Assembly: GCA_963712745.1 (NCBI GenBank)
Contig: CAVQJC010000017.1
Location: 388,190 to 452,189 of the forward strand
Direction of reading: 5' to 3'
Length of the DNA stretch: 64,000 nt
Source of the DNA: an uncultured Chloroflexia bacterium
GTDB lineage: Bacteria > Chloroflexota > Limnocylindria > Limnocylindrales > CSP1-4
Shown here: in pieces, positions 28,526-38,842 of the stretch
How positions within the stretch are numbered: position 1 is the stretch's first letter
Layout of the letters: every line of letters begins with the position of its first letter
Position numbers and translations under genes: made by a program
The notes under the pieces: generated by a model
The model's database searches: none
Told to the model about the DNA's origin: nothing
What the model saw: only the letters and a program-made list of their open reading frames with translations

Positions 28526-30184
28526 TCAGGCAGCGGCACCTCCGTTGCGCTCGGTGCCGTCACGATCATGCGCCATGTGCATGAAGTGATCGACGCGTCC
28601 AACGTCCTTGGTGAGCAGGCTGGCGATGATTCCCGCGCCGAACGCCGCGGGGACACCGTAGAGCGCCGGGTTCACCAGTACCGGGACTCCGAGGAGATTC
28701 TCCATGCCGGAGTACTTGGCGAACGTGAACACCAGCGACACGATGAGGCCGACCACGAACGTGGCGACCACGCCCTGCCGCGTGTAGCGCGTCCACCACA
28801 CCGTCATCAGCAGGACCGGCGCGAACGTGCTGGCCGCGATGCCGAATGTCATGGCCACGAGCTGTCCGACGTTCTCTTCCTTGAGGAGGATCGACATCAC
28901 CACCGCGATGACCGTGAGGACGATGCCGGTGATCTGCGCCACGCGGACGCGCTGCTCCTCGGAGGACTCCGGGCGCAGCAGGATGGTGTAGCCGTCGTGT
29001 GCCACTGTCGTCGTCATCTGGATCAGCAGGCCTACCGCAGAGCTCAGGATGGCGGCCATGGCGCCCGCCAGGACGATGCCCAGCAGCACCTCGCCGCCGA
29101 GCAACCTGCCCAGCTCCGCGACCGCGGTGTTGGTGGCCTTCCCGACCTCGCCCTGGTTGATGAGGTCGGTCAGGAGTGGATACAACAACTGCATCGCGGC
29201 CAAGCCCACGAAGAGGGTCATGGTGTAGAAGATGGCCAGGCTGACGATGGTGAGCTCGGTGGACTTCCGCGCCGCCACCGCGTCCTTCACCGTGTACAGA
29301 CGGATGAGGACGTGCGGCAGGCCGACCACGCCCAGGAAGAGTCCCAAGACGAGGCTGAGCTGGTTGAGCAGGTCCGTGACGTTGACACCCGGCGTCAGGG
29401 CGCTGGGTTCATCGGGCAGGATCTCCATCGATGCCTTGGAGGCGGCGATCGCGGCGTCACCGTCGCTGTCAGCCGGGTACTGCACAAGGATCTGTTGGGC
29501 GGCATCGTTGTTGACCACCTGGGTCGGAGTCACGATGGAGTCCGACTCCGTCAGGATGCTCAGTGGGTTCCAGTTGAAGTACATGACCACTGCCAACACC
29601 AGCAGCAGCGTCATGGCACCGAAGATGATGATGCCCTGGAAAGCCTGGTTGTAGGAGGTGCCGCGCATGCCGCCCATGACCACGATGACGGCGGTGAAGC
29701 CACCCGCGATGGCGACCCACCAGAAGTAGTCGAGCTCCGGCACCAGCAGGTTGAAGAGGTAGCCTGCGCCCACCAGCTGCGGCACCAGATAGAGCGTGCC
29801 GATGGTGATGCCGGCGATGATGGTAAGGAGACGGATCTCCTGGCCGGAGAAGCGCTCGTAGAGCGCATCGGCCACGGTGTACTTGCCCGAGCGCCGCAGG
29901 GGACTGGCGAGGATCAGGACGACTACGACCCAGGCGGCGAAGAAGCCCAGGGCCAGCCACCAGTTGTCGATACCGAACAGGGCGATGGCGCCGGCCACGC
30001 CGAGGAAGCTGGCGCCGCTGGCGTAGTTGCTGAACATGGCGATGCCATTGAGCTTCCACGGGATCTGGCCGCCGGCGACGTAGAACTCGGCTGTGGACTT
30101 GGTCCAGCGCCGGCTGTAGATGCCGATGAAGAAGAAGGTAGCCATGCCCACCGCGAGGATGGCGATGGCGACAAGGTTGTCCAC
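28526..30184 (-). CDS. actP: Cation/acetate symporter (SSS family)
   Basis: FYVAGG, NGIAMFSNYASGASFLG, LRRSGKYTVAD and GLPHVLIRLYTV motifs; downstream of a DUF485 gene. Confidence 0.85.
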   Translation of the reverse strand: MDNLVAIAILAVGMATFFFIGIYSRRWTKSTAEFYVAGGQIPWKLNGIAMFSNYASGASFLGVAGAIALFGIDNWWLALGFFAAWVVVVLILASPLRRSGKYTVADALYERFSGQEIRLLTIIAGITIGTLYLVPQLVGAGYLFNLLVPELDYFWWVAIAGGFTAVIVVMGGMRGTSYNQAFQGIIIFGAMTLLLVLAVVMYFNWNPLSILTESDSIVTPTQVVNNDAAQQILVQYPADSDGDAAIAASKASMEILPDEPSALTPGVNVTDLLNQLSLVLGLFLGVVGLPHVLIRLYTVKDAVAARKSTELTIVSLAIFYTMTLFVGLAAMQLLYPLLTDLINQGEVGKATNTAVAELGRLLGGEVLLGIVLAGAMAAILSSAVGLLIQMTTTVAHDGYTILLRPESSEEQRVRVAQITGIVLTVIAVVMSILLKEENVGQLVAMTFGIAASTFAPVLLMTVWWTRYTRQGVVATFVVGLIVSLVFTFAKYSGMENLLGVPVLVNPALYGVPAAFGAGIIASLLTKDVGRVDHFMHMAHDRDGTERNGGAAA

Positions 30185-30186
30185 GA

Positions 30187-30462
30187 CTAGGCCTCGACCT
30201 TGGCCAGGTAGACGCGCGTGATGATCAGCCCGGCGATGATCATGCCGATGCCAAGGAGGAACCCGAGCGGCAGGCCAAAGACCATGAACGCCGCGACGTC
30301 AGCGAATTCCTTCGACGTCAGTACGGCGACCACGAAGTAGATGATCGTGAAGAGCGCCATCAGGCCCCATGACCACTTGGCGGCCCTGGTGCTCAGCGGC
30401 GACCAGTGCTTACCGTCAGCGGGCTCAGTGTCTCCCGTGACCGGAGCCTCCTGCTGCTCCAT
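30187..30462 (-). CDS. DUF485/YjcH-like small membrane protein (ActP partner); start may be 30489 or 30495
   Basis: Two TM helices, immediately upstream of actP. Confidence 0.7.
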   Translation of the reverse strand: MEQQEAPVTGDTEPADGKHWSPLSTRAAKWSWGLMALFTIIYFVVAVLTSKEFADVAAFMVFGLPLGFLLGIGMIIAGLIITRVYLAKVEA

Positions 30463-30637
30463 GCCGGCCTGATTCGGTGTCGGACCCACGCGCATCTCCC
30501 CCTGCTTCTGAACCGTCGCTATGCGATCGCTCAAGTCAGGGTCTGGGCCGCGGCTCAGCGATGCACGAGCCGTCCGTCCCGTGGCCCGGGGCCGGAACGC
30601 CTGTATCTGGCGCGCCGACTTCGGCATCATCTGGACC

Positions 30638-32068
30638 ATGAGCAACGAACCCTCAGTCCGCTCCTCGCGCCGCACCAAGCTGGTGGCGACCATCGGCCCC
30701 GCCAGCTTCGGCATCATCGACCGGCTCATCGCTGCCGGGCTCGACATCGCCCGCATCAACTTCTCGCACGGGTCGGAGGATGACCACCTGCGGACCGCGG
30801 AGGCGGTCCGCACCGCGGCCGCAGCGGCCGGGCGCACGGTGGGCATCCTGGCCGATCTGCCCGGGCCCAAGCTGCGCCTGGCGCAGCTCCAGGGCGAGCC
30901 CGTCCAGCTCGAGACGGGCGCCACGGTCACGCTGACCGGGCCCGAGGTGTCGGCCAGTGACGCCTCACTGCCGCTGGCCGACAGCAGCGTGCCGACCCTG
31001 CTGCGACTGGGCGACCGGGTCCTGCTGGCCGACGGCGCGGCCGAGCTGCGTATCACCGGCGCCCGCAACGACGCCGCCATCGCGGAGGTCGTGCGCGGGG
31101 GACCGGTCCGTTCCCGGCAGGGTGTGAGCGTGCCCGCCGAGCGCTTGGCGGCCGACGCACTGGGGCGCGCAGACGAGGCCATCATCCCGCACCTGCTCGA
31201 GCTGCACCCCGACTACGCAGGCCAGTCGTTCGTGCGCTCCGCCGAGGACGTCAAGCTGCTGCGCTCCCGCATCACCGACGACATCGGCATCGTGGCCAAG
31301 ATCGAGACACGCCCGGCGCTGGAGGACATCGAGGAGATCCTGGAGGCCGCCGACGGCATCATGGTCGCGCGCGGCGACCTCGGCGTGGAGCTGCCCTTCG
31401 AGCAGGTGCCCCTGGCCCAGAAGGACCTGGTGCGGGCGGCGCTCATCGCTGGCAAGCCCAGCATCGTGGCCACGCAGATGTTGGAATCGATGATCAACTC
31501 CCCGCGACCCACGCGCGCCGAGGCCAGCGACGTGGCCAACGCCATCATCGACGGGGCCGACGCGGTGATGCTCTCGGGCGAGACCGCGGTCGGGTCCTGG
31601 CCGCTCGAGTCACTGCGGGCCATGTGCGACATCGCTGCGCGCACGGACGCGTACAAGCGACCGACCCGCCCGCCCGATGGCACGCCCTCGTTCGGCCCTG
31701 ATGTCGATGCGCGTGCCCTGGCCCTGGCCGCGGTGTCCATGGCCGACAGCGACCCCGATGTGGTGGGCCTGGCCTGCTACACGCACTCGGGACGCACTCC
31801 ACGCCGTCTCTCCTCGCTCCGTCCGGGAGTGCCCATCGTGGCCTTCACGCCCACCGACTCGGTCGCCCGGTCGCTGACGCTGCGGCGAGGCGTGCACCCC
31901 ATCGTGATGGCCGTGGAGCCGGAAGATCCGGTGTCGATCAGCCAGGCTGTCATCCGGGCCCTGAAGGAGGGCAAGGGCGGACTGGCACTGCGTGACGACG
32001 ATGCGGTCGTGTTCGTCCAGACCAGCGTGCGCGGCGGCCCCAACGCCCTTGAGCTCCTGCGAACGTAG
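30638..32068 (+). CDS. pyk: Pyruvate kinase
   Basis: RRTKLVATIGPAS, MVARGDLGVE, ATQMLESM and AVMLSGETA motifs. Confidence 0.96.
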   Translation: MSNEPSVRSSRRTKLVATIGPASFGIIDRLIAAGLDIARINFSHGSEDDHLRTAEAVRTAAAAAGRTVGILADLPGPKLRLAQLQGEPVQLETGATVTLTGPEVSASDASLPLADSSVPTLLRLGDRVLLADGAAELRITGARNDAAIAEVVRGGPVRSRQGVSVPAERLAADALGRADEAIIPHLLELHPDYAGQSFVRSAEDVKLLRSRITDDIGIVAKIETRPALEDIEEILEAADGIMVARGDLGVELPFEQVPLAQKDLVRAALIAGKPSIVATQMLESMINSPRPTRAEASDVANAIIDGADAVMLSGETAVGSWPLESLRAMCDIAARTDAYKRPTRPPDGTPSFGPDVDARALALAAVSMADSDPDVVGLACYTHSGRTPRRLSSLRPGVPIVAFTPTDSVARSLTLRRGVHPIVMAVEPEDPVSISQAVIRALKEGKGGLALRDDDAVVFVQTSVRGGPNALELLRT

Positions 32069-32189
32069 CAGTCGCGGGGGTCCCCGGCACGGCTCACTGG
32101 CCGAAACCGCCGATGGGATAATCGGGCTCGATCCCCCGCCCGCCGTCGCATGACGGCGTCCGCTCTGGTCGTTGAAGGAGGATGAGGGA

Positions 32190-32981
32190 GTGGGAGCCAC
32201 GTACGAACTGGCCCATGGCCGTCGGTCGGTGTTGTTCCGAAGCGCCATCCTGGCGATCCTGGCAGCGTTCGTGCTGCAGCTGCCCGCGGAGGCCGCGACG
32301 ACGAAGATCGTGCGATCGGGCCCCCGCTCGAGTGGGGGCGTGGCGCTGACGTTCGATGACGGATGGGGCGGGGCGGCCTGCGAAAGCATCGCCGCCACCC
32401 TGCGACGCGAGCGCGTGGTGGGAACGTTCTTCATCAACGGCGTCTATCTGCGTTCGCAGCCCAAGCGCTGGCGCCGGATCCTCAAGGACATGCCGGTCGC
32501 GAGCCACACGCGCTCGCACCCGTGGCTGACCAGGGTGTCATCGGAAGAGATCCGACGGCAGCTCATCAGCAACGAGCGCGTCCACGAGCAGCTGCTCGGC
32601 CGGCCGATGTTGAAGGTCGTGCGGCCGCCCTACGGAGCCTACGACTCCCGGGTGGTGCGCGTCGCGCGCGACCTCGGCTACTCGCACATCGTGCTCTGGA
32701 GCCGATCGGCGGCGGACACGTCGGCCGGTGCCAGCGTGCGCTCGATCATCCGGCACGCCACCGGTGGTCGAAAGGGCGACATCGTCCTCATGCACTGCGC
32801 CCGAGATATCACTGCCCAGGCGCTGCCGGCCATCATCCGCCACTACAAGCGCCGGGGGATCCGCCTGATCGGCCTTGACGAGATGCTCGGCCTGAAGTCC
32901 CCGCGACCGCCCAAGCCGTGGGAGGTGCTGGTCAAGGAAACGGCTCGCCTCGGGCTTCCCTCCGGGCAGGGCGACCGCTGA
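32190..32981 (+). CDS. Polysaccharide deacetylase (NodB/CE4), exported
   Basis: ALTFDDG, SHTRSH, RPPYG and IVLMH motifs; signal peptide. Confidence 0.9.
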   Translation: MGATYELAHGRRSVLFRSAILAILAAFVLQLPAEAATTKIVRSGPRSSGGVALTFDDGWGGAACESIAATLRRERVVGTFFINGVYLRSQPKRWRRILKDMPVASHTRSHPWLTRVSSEEIRRQLISNERVHEQLLGRPMLKVVRPPYGAYDSRVVRVARDLGYSHIVLWSRSAADTSAGASVRSIIRHATGGRKGDIVLMHCARDITAQALPAIIRHYKRRGIRLIGLDEMLGLKSPRPPKPWEVLVKETARLGLPSGQGDR

Positions 32982-33022
32982 GCCTGGTTGTACAAACCCT
33001 CTACATACGCTATACTCTCTCC

Positions 33023-33424
33023 ATGATCGAGTACATGGATCCTGGCCCGGCGGCGTACAAGCCAGGCGTCTGCAACATCGGCCCCGCCGAGATCGCGCGC
33101 CGGCGTCGTATCGGCTATGTCAGCCTCGCAGGCGTGTTCGTCCTTGGGCTGGTCCTCCTGGCGGTCGACGCGCCTGCGTGGAGCCGTCTCCTCGTGGCCT
33201 TGCCGGTCGCGGGCGCCATCGAAGGGCTACTCCAGGCGCATCTCCAATTCTGTGCCGGTTTCGGCATGTCCGGGCTCCAGAACATGGGCCAGCTCGGTGA
33301 CCAGTTCCGCGTCGAGGACGCGCAGGCGCGGGCCGCCGACCGGGCCAAGGCCCTGCGCATCCACGCGGCGTCCATCGCCGGCGGGCTGATGGCTGGGGTC
33401 GCATTCGCGCTCACCGGGGTGTAG
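33023..33424 (+). CDS. Hypothetical membrane protein
   Basis: YKPGVCNIGPAEIARRR N-terminus; 3 TM helices; TATACT -10 element 6 nt upstream of the ATG. Confidence 0.7.
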   Translation: MIEYMDPGPAAYKPGVCNIGPAEIARRRRIGYVSLAGVFVLGLVLLAVDAPAWSRLLVALPVAGAIEGLLQAHLQFCAGFGMSGLQNMGQLGDQFRVEDAQARAADRAKALRIHAASIAGGLMAGVAFALTGV

Positions 33425-33674
33425 GGACAGACACGTTCCCGCTGTCGCATGGGCGACAGTCTCCATGATGCAAGGAGCAGGCACCTGCTGGGCCGCGACC
33501 TCGAGCTTCGAGGCCAGCAAGCTACCCAGAAAGCGGTCGCCGATGAGATCGGCTTCCAGGGGGCCCGTATCACCGACGACGGCCCACGGATCTACGTCCT
33601 CGGCGCCCACGCCGGACGCCCGGCCATCTCGGTAGGCGAAGTCAAGTAGCACCGACCCCTCGCGGGACACACCG

Positions 33675-33707
33675 CGAACGCCCCGCTCTCAGCGAGCGGG
33701 GCGTTCG
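33675..33707. terminator. Hairpin terminator downstream of xylA
   Basis: Perfect 14-bp stem CGAACGCCCCGCTC / GAGCGGGGCGTTCG. Confidence 0.7.
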
Positions 33708-33734
33708 TCGTTCCGGCGCGAGCGGGGACCGGCC

Positions 33735-34892
33735 CTAGCGTGCGCCGAGCATGTGCTCGATGGCCAGCTGGTCGATACGGGCGTAGCTCATCGAACGCTT
33801 GCCCAGCGCGACCGCGTCGATCTGCTCGGCCCGCAGTGCCTCGATGGTCTCGCCGTCAGACATGGTCGGCTCGTTGAGCTCGTCCACTCGCGCAGCCTTG
33901 AGTGCTTCCTGCACCTCGGGGTCTGCGCGGAAGGCGGCGGCCCGCTCCCGGAGGATGAGGTACGTGCGCATGTTCGACTCGGCCGTGACCCAGACGTCGT
34001 CACCGAGGTCGGTACGCAACGGCTTGTAATCGAAGTGACGGGGACCCTCGTAGCCGCCGTTCTCGAGCAGGTCCACCAGGTAGAACGCGCCCTGCAGGTC
34101 GCCGTGGCCGAAGACCAGGTCCTGGTCGTACTTGATGCCGTGCTGGCCGTTGAGGTCGATGTGGAAGAGCTTGCCCTGCCACAGCGCCTGGGCCACGCCA
34201 TGGACGAAGTTCAGGCCGGCCATCTGCTCGTGTCCGACCTCGGGATTGAGACCGACCATCTCGCTGTGCTCGAGCGTCTCGATGAAGGCCATGGCGTGGC
34301 CGATGGTCGGCAGGAACATGTCGCCACGCGGCTCGTTGGGCTTGGGCTCCAGCGCGAAGCGCAGGTCATAGCCCTGGTCGATGGCGTACCGGCAGAGGAT
34401 GTCGAACGCCTCCTTGAAGCGGTCGAGGGCGGCGGCGAGGTCCTTGGAGCCATCGACCTCGGCACCTTCACGGCCCCCCCAGAAGACGTACGTCTGTGCG
34501 CCCAGCTCGGCGGCCAGGTCCATGTTGCGCATGACCTTCTGGAGCGCGAAGCGGCGCACTTCACGGTCGTTGGCAGTGAAGGCGCCGTCCTTGAAGACGG
34601 GGTGCGTGAAGAGGTTGGTCGTGAGCATGGGCGCGACCATGCCGGTCTTGTCGAGCGCATCCTTGAAGCGGCGGATGTGCTCGTCCCGGGAGGCCTCCTC
34701 GGAACCGAAGGGGATGAGGTCATCATCGTGGAAGGTGACACCCCAGGCGCCCAGCTCGGCGAGGCGGTACACGGCCTCGACCGGGTCGAGTGGAGGACGC
34801 GTGGCATCGCCGAACGGATCGCGGGCCTGGTAGCCGATCGTCCACAGCCCGAAACTGAACTTGTCGGCCGGTGTGGCCTTGTAGTCGCCCAT
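33735..34892 (-). CDS. xylA: Xylose isomerase (short, class I type)
   Basis: [36 protein letters not shown] and HFDYKP motifs. Confidence 0.96.
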   Translation of the reverse strand: MGDYKATPADKFSFGLWTIGYQARDPFGDATRPPLDPVEAVYRLAELGAWGVTFHDDDLIPFGSEEASRDEHIRRFKDALDKTGMVAPMLTTNLFTHPVFKDGAFTANDREVRRFALQKVMRNMDLAAELGAQTYVFWGGREGAEVDGSKDLAAALDRFKEAFDILCRYAIDQGYDLRFALEPKPNEPRGDMFLPTIGHAMAFIETLEHSEMVGLNPEVGHEQMAGLNFVHGVAQALWQGKLFHIDLNGQHGIKYDQDLVFGHGDLQGAFYLVDLLENGGYEGPRHFDYKPLRTDLGDDVWVTAESNMRTYLILRERAAAFRADPEVQEALKAARVDELNEPTMSDGETIEALRAEQIDAVALGKRSMSYARIDQLAIEHMLGAR

Positions 34893-34943
34893 CGTCTCCT
34901 CCTCTGTCGTCCCCCCAAGGCCGACGGCTGTTCGTCACCCGGC

Positions 34944-35756
34944 TCAGGTCGCGCCGCCCCGCAGATGTGCCACCCAGATCTCCTCCGGCGGCCACTTGCG
35001 AGCCCATGCGGCGCTGACGAAGCCATAGTACTCGTGGGCCTCGGCGTCCTCCGGCACCTGCAGTTCGATGAGATCGTCGATCTCGAAGCCGTGCTCGTGC
35101 AGCAGCCGGATCCAGTCCCCATGGCCGAGGTGATACTCGGTGCCCGGCTCATCGGGCCAGCGCGTGTCATACGCGCCGAACTGCGATCGCTGGAGTGTCT
35201 CGCCCACGGCCCCGACATCAGGACAGCACAGGTGGGACAGCAGCGACTGGGTCAGGAAGACCAGGCGGCCGCCGGGACGAAGCACTCGTCTCACCTCCGG
35301 GACCCAGAGGTAGGGATCGGCCCACAGACAGGCACCGTACTCGGAGAGGACCATGTCGATCGAAGCGTGGGGGAGGGGGATGCGCTCACCGATGCCTTCG
35401 AGCAGCGGGAACTCGATGCCTGTCTCACGTTGCAGCCGGCGAGCGGTCTCCAGCTGGGCAGGGGTGGGATCGATGGCGACCGGTCGAGCGCCACGCCTGG
35501 CCAGCCAGGCACTGAAGTAGGCGGTGCCGCAGCCGACCTCCGCGATGTCCATGCCCTCCACGTCACCCAACGGCGAGCCGATCGACTCCTCCGGCACGCC
35601 GAACATGCCCCACCTGATCTCCTCGGCGGCCCAGCTTCGAGCGGCGCTGGCGTCCCCGTAGTCATGGTTGGCCTGGCTCCATCGGGCCACGTTGCCGGCC
35701 ACGGACTGCCGGACGGTCTCGGGCAGATCGCTCATGGTTTGCCTCGTCTTGCGCAT
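34944..35756 (-). CDS. Class I SAM-dependent methyltransferase
   Basis: EVGCGTAY; SEYGACLWADP; RVLRPGG. Confidence 0.9.
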   Translation of the reverse strand: MRKTRQTMSDLPETVRQSVAGNVARWSQANHDYGDASAARSWAAEEIRWGMFGVPEESIGSPLGDVEGMDIAEVGCGTAYFSAWLARRGARPVAIDPTPAQLETARRLQRETGIEFPLLEGIGERIPLPHASIDMVLSEYGACLWADPYLWVPEVRRVLRPGGRLVFLTQSLLSHLCCPDVGAVGETLQRSQFGAYDTRWPDEPGTEYHLGHGDWIRLLHEHGFEIDDLIELQVPEDAEAHEYYGFVSAAWARKWPPEEIWVAHLRGGAT

Positions 35757-36112
35757 CAGCTCCTGGTGTCCGCCTCCTCGATGGCGCGGCGCGCCTGGCG
35801 CGCGGCAAGAGCGATGAGCCCTCCGGTCATGACACCGACGACAGCGTAGACGAGGAACCAGTCCTCGACGGTCTCGGGGGGCATGGCCACCAGCGCGACG
35901 CCCAGCAGCAAGGGAGGTCCGGCCGCGGCGATGAGCGCGGGCCCAGCGGCCCTATGCCCGATGCGCCAGGCATCGTCGTCCTCGAGCATGGCCTGCGTGC
36001 GCAGGCCGGCCCAGCGATTGCGCGGGAGTCGCTCGATGGCGCCAGCGATCCCGATGGTGGCCAGCGCCGACGCGAGGATGAGCATGGCCAGCGCGATGAT
36101 CGTCGTTTCCAT
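35756..36112 (-). CDS. SdpI/YhfL-family membrane protein
   Basis: LPRNRWAGLRT...DDAWRIGHRAA motif. Confidence 0.8.
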   Translation of the reverse strand: METTIIALAMLILASALATIGIAGAIERLPRNRWAGLRTQAMLEDDDAWRIGHRAAGPALIAAAGPPLLLGVALVAMPPETVEDWFLVYAVVGVMTGGLIALAARQARRAIEEADTRS

Positions 36113-36383
36113 GGGCTACCACGCGGTCCTGGCGCGCTCGGCCGGGGGATGGTGGGCTCGATGGTCCTTGGTCACGGGCTGCCCGGCCCGGGCATCGTTC
36201 GCCGTCGGCTCTCTCACCATGTGGTCATCGTAGTGGCCCGCGCGCCGGGATGGGCGGATGAGGCCATCGACATGAGTCAGGGTGGTCGGCCCGGACCTGC
36301 GGTCGTCTCACTGCCGCCGGCCACTGCCACCGGCCACTGCCACGCGCCAGCGCTTTCGGACCGATGTGGATAGGCTGGCCACG

Positions 36384-37199
36384 ATGGCCGAGCCCGAGCG
36401 CCGCCCCCATGTCGTCATCATCGGGGGCTTCCTGACCGAGACGCTGCAGTACCACCCGATGCGTGAACGCCTGTTGGCCGCGGGGGCTGAGCGTGTGAGC
36501 ATCGCGCCCATCCACCTGCCCGACTGGGCGGCGATGGGGTTGGCCGGCATGGGCCCCTTGCTGCTGCGTGGGGCCCGGGCCGTGCGGGAGGCGCGACGCG
36601 GATCACCCCACCCGGTCATCGTCGTCGGGCACTCGTTGGGCGGCATCATCGCCCGCCTCGCGACATGCCCCGTCCCGCTCGACGGACGCCGGGCGGCGGT
36701 CGCTGACGACATCGGCTGCCTGGTCACACTCGGCACTCCCCACGCGTTCGCCCCGCGCGTCCCCTGGCGCCACGCCGGCGTGCGAGCCGTTGAGCACCTT
36801 GAGCGCCACTGTCCCGGGGCCTCCTTCGCTCCGTCGACGGCGTACCTCACAGTGGGTTCGAGCTTGGTGCCACCGGCTCGGCGTGTGCCCGTGCACACTG
36901 TGGTGCAGCTGCTGAACCGTGTGCTGCGGGACCTCGTCGGCGAAACGCCCGGCGCCCGTGGGGACGGGCTCGTGGGCGCAGACCGTTGCCGGCTGGACGG
37001 CGTTCGCCACCTGGAGCTCGACGACGTGCTCCACGGGCTGTTCTACGGGCCGTGGTACGGGGATGACCGGGCCATCGAGCGCTGGTGGCCGGTCGCGGTG
37101 GCGGAGTGGCGAGCCGCCCTCACTGCCCGCGACGCGTCAGGCAGTGCCGCTGGGCCCGCCCGGCCCGCCGGGCTCGCCGATGCCGCGCAGGCTGGATAA
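36384..37199 (+). CDS. Alpha/beta hydrolase (lipase/esterase-like)
   Basis: VGHSLGG; LVTLGTPH; GDGLV. Confidence 0.85.
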   Translation: MAEPERRPHVVIIGGFLTETLQYHPMRERLLAAGAERVSIAPIHLPDWAAMGLAGMGPLLLRGARAVREARRGSPHPVIVVGHSLGGIIARLATCPVPLDGRRAAVADDIGCLVTLGTPHAFAPRVPWRHAGVRAVEHLERHCPGASFAPSTAYLTVGSSLVPPARRVPVHTVVQLLNRVLRDLVGETPGARGDGLVGADRCRLDGVRHLELDDVLHGLFYGPWYGDDRAIERWWPVAVAEWRAALTARDASGSAAGPARPAGLADAAQAG

Positions 37200-37234
37200 G
37201 CCGAGCCAGGAAGCGGCCAGTCCGGGACGCTGCC

Positions 37235-37807
37235 CTACGCCTCCGGCAGGATCTTTGCCAGCTGCGTAGCCAGCCCCTCCTCGGTGAATCCGCCGATGGC
37301 GAATGCCTGCACCAGCCCGTCGGCATCGACGAAGAACGAGGTCGGCATGGCCACGCCCCGGTAGGCTTCCCAGGCCAGGTCATCGGAGTCGACCAGCATG
37401 GGCCAGGCCGCCCCCTGGTCGGCGGCGAAGCGGCGAGCACCGTCGGTCGTGTCGTCGTGGATGACGCCGAGGATCTCGAGCCCGTCGTCGGCGTGTTCCC
37501 GGTAGGCCTCCACCATCAGCGGGAACTCCTCGCGGCAGGGACCGCACCAGGTGGCCCAGAAGTTGATGAGCACCGGCCGCCCCCGTAGCGACGAAAGCGT
37601 CATCGACTCGCCCTCGAGCGTGTCGAGGACGATCTCCGGGGCGGGCAGGCCGTAGAGCGGATGGCCGCCGACGGTGACTGCCCCGCTCCTCTGGTCGCTC
37701 CCGCCGAGCGGCACGAACGCGAGCGTCAGGCCGATGATGGCGATGATGGCGATGCCGATGACCAGGATCGCGCGCAGTGGTCGACGGCCGCTCGTCTCAG
37801 CCTCCAC
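37235..37807 (-). CDS. TlpA/ResA-family thiol-disulfide oxidoreductase
   Basis: NFWATWCGPCREEFP; MPTSFFVD; N-terminal TM anchor. Confidence 0.92.
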   Translation of the reverse strand: MEAETSGRRPLRAILVIGIAIIAIIGLTLAFVPLGGSDQRSGAVTVGGHPLYGLPAPEIVLDTLEGESMTLSSLRGRPVLINFWATWCGPCREEFPLMVEAYREHADDGLEILGVIHDDTTDGARRFAADQGAAWPMLVDSDDLAWEAYRGVAMPTSFFVDADGLVQAFAIGGFTEEGLATQLAKILPEA

Positions 37808-38594
37808 TGCCCGGCAACAGTGAGAGCAACCAGGGCAGGAGCGTCACCAGGATGGCCGCGCCACCGACGATGAAGTAGACCGGGATGAGGCGTGATGGCC
37901 AGGCCTTCTCGGGGTCGCGGTCGGCCTGCGTGGGATGGCCATGCGCCTCCACGTCGTCGAGCTCTCGGCCCGCATCGAGTAGCCAGCCGATGCTGGCGAT
38001 GGTGGCCATGATGGCGCCGCCGATGAACATGGCCGGACCGAAGATCAGCCCCGAGGCCAGGAACAACAGGCCAGCGGGAGCCAGCAGCGGCCAGGCCGAC
38101 GGACCCGGCAGGTGCATGCCCTCCGGCGGTGTCAGCGACCAGGCGGGTGCCGAAGCGATCGCCGCTTCCGGGTCGGCGTGTCCGCCGGCTTCGACTCCAA
38201 CGTACTCGCGACCGGCGTCGAGGTACCAACCGAGGAGTCCGACCACCACGATGGTGACCCCGAGACCAAGGATGGCCAGGTACACGGGCGACTCGAGCGG
38301 TCCCAGGGCCAGGCTGAAGACGATGAAGAGCAGGCCTACCGGTGCCACGAACGGCCACAGCGATGGGCCTGGCAGGTGCGTGTCGTCCGGCTTGCGTCCC
38401 GCAGGGATGGGCTTGGGGACGCGGGAGCGGTTACCGGCCGCGTTGACCCACCACATCCAGATGACGGCCCCGACGATACCGATCAGGCCCAACGCGACGA
38501 GTACCGGGATGTAGCCGATGAGGTCGTTCCAGACCGGGATGATGATCTGGGCGATGGTGTCGAGGAGGCCGGTCCAGAGCTCGTCGAGGTTCAC
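37797..38594 (-). CDS. Cytochrome oxidase subunit IV-like membrane protein with a duplicated HLPGPSxWP module
   Basis: Two 'HLPGPS.WP' plus two-TM modules; located in the oxidase locus. Confidence 0.6.
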   Translation of the reverse strand: MNLDELWTGLLDTIAQIIIPVWNDLIGYIPVLVALGLIGIVGAVIWMWWVNAAGNRSRVPKPIPAGRKPDDTHLPGPSLWPFVAPVGLLFIVFSLALGPLESPVYLAILGLGVTIVVVGLLGWYLDAGREYVGVEAGGHADPEAAIASAPAWSLTPPEGMHLPGPSAWPLLAPAGLLFLASGLIFGPAMFIGGAIMATIASIGWLLDAGRELDDVEAHGHPTQADRDPEKAWPSRLIPVYFIVGGAAILVTLLPWLLSLLPGSGG

Positions 38595-38640
38595 GCTCGT
38601 CCTCTAGCGCAGGGTCGTCGTGCCAATCCTAGTCCGAGTG

Positions 38641-38832
38641 CTACAGGTCGCGTGCGCCGCGCAGGATGACGAGCATGCCGAAGCCCATGGATACGCCCAG
38701 CATGACCAGCAGCAGGACGCCGGCCGGGTCGATGACCGCCTCGGAGCCGAAGGTCTCCTGGGCCAGGAAGTAGGCGATGCCGACGATGATGGGGATGGCG
38801 CCGATGAGCAGCGCCGCACGGGTCGTGTTCAT
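38641..38832 (-). CDS. Small two-TM protein, probable oxidase subunit IV N-half
   Basis: 63 aa; GGAGGA RBS; directly after ctaE; DPAG-helix motif like CtaF. Confidence 0.6.
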   Translation of the reverse strand: MNTTRAALLIGAIPIIVGIAYFLAQETFGSEAVIDPAGVLLLVMLGVSMGFGMLVILRGARDL

Positions 38833-38842
38833 GTCGTCCTCC

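Noticed and set aside
28130-30190. 686-aa plus-strand ORF and similar long shadow ORFs (e.g. 33753-35849, 25220-26845, 62200-63663)
   Set aside because: They are antisense shadows of clear genes (actP, xylA, mrpD, OLD), as expected from high-GC codon bias.
33449-33649. 66-aa ORF ahead of the xylA terminator
   Set aside because: No recognisable motif and weak start signals; it could be a remnant but cannot be supported.
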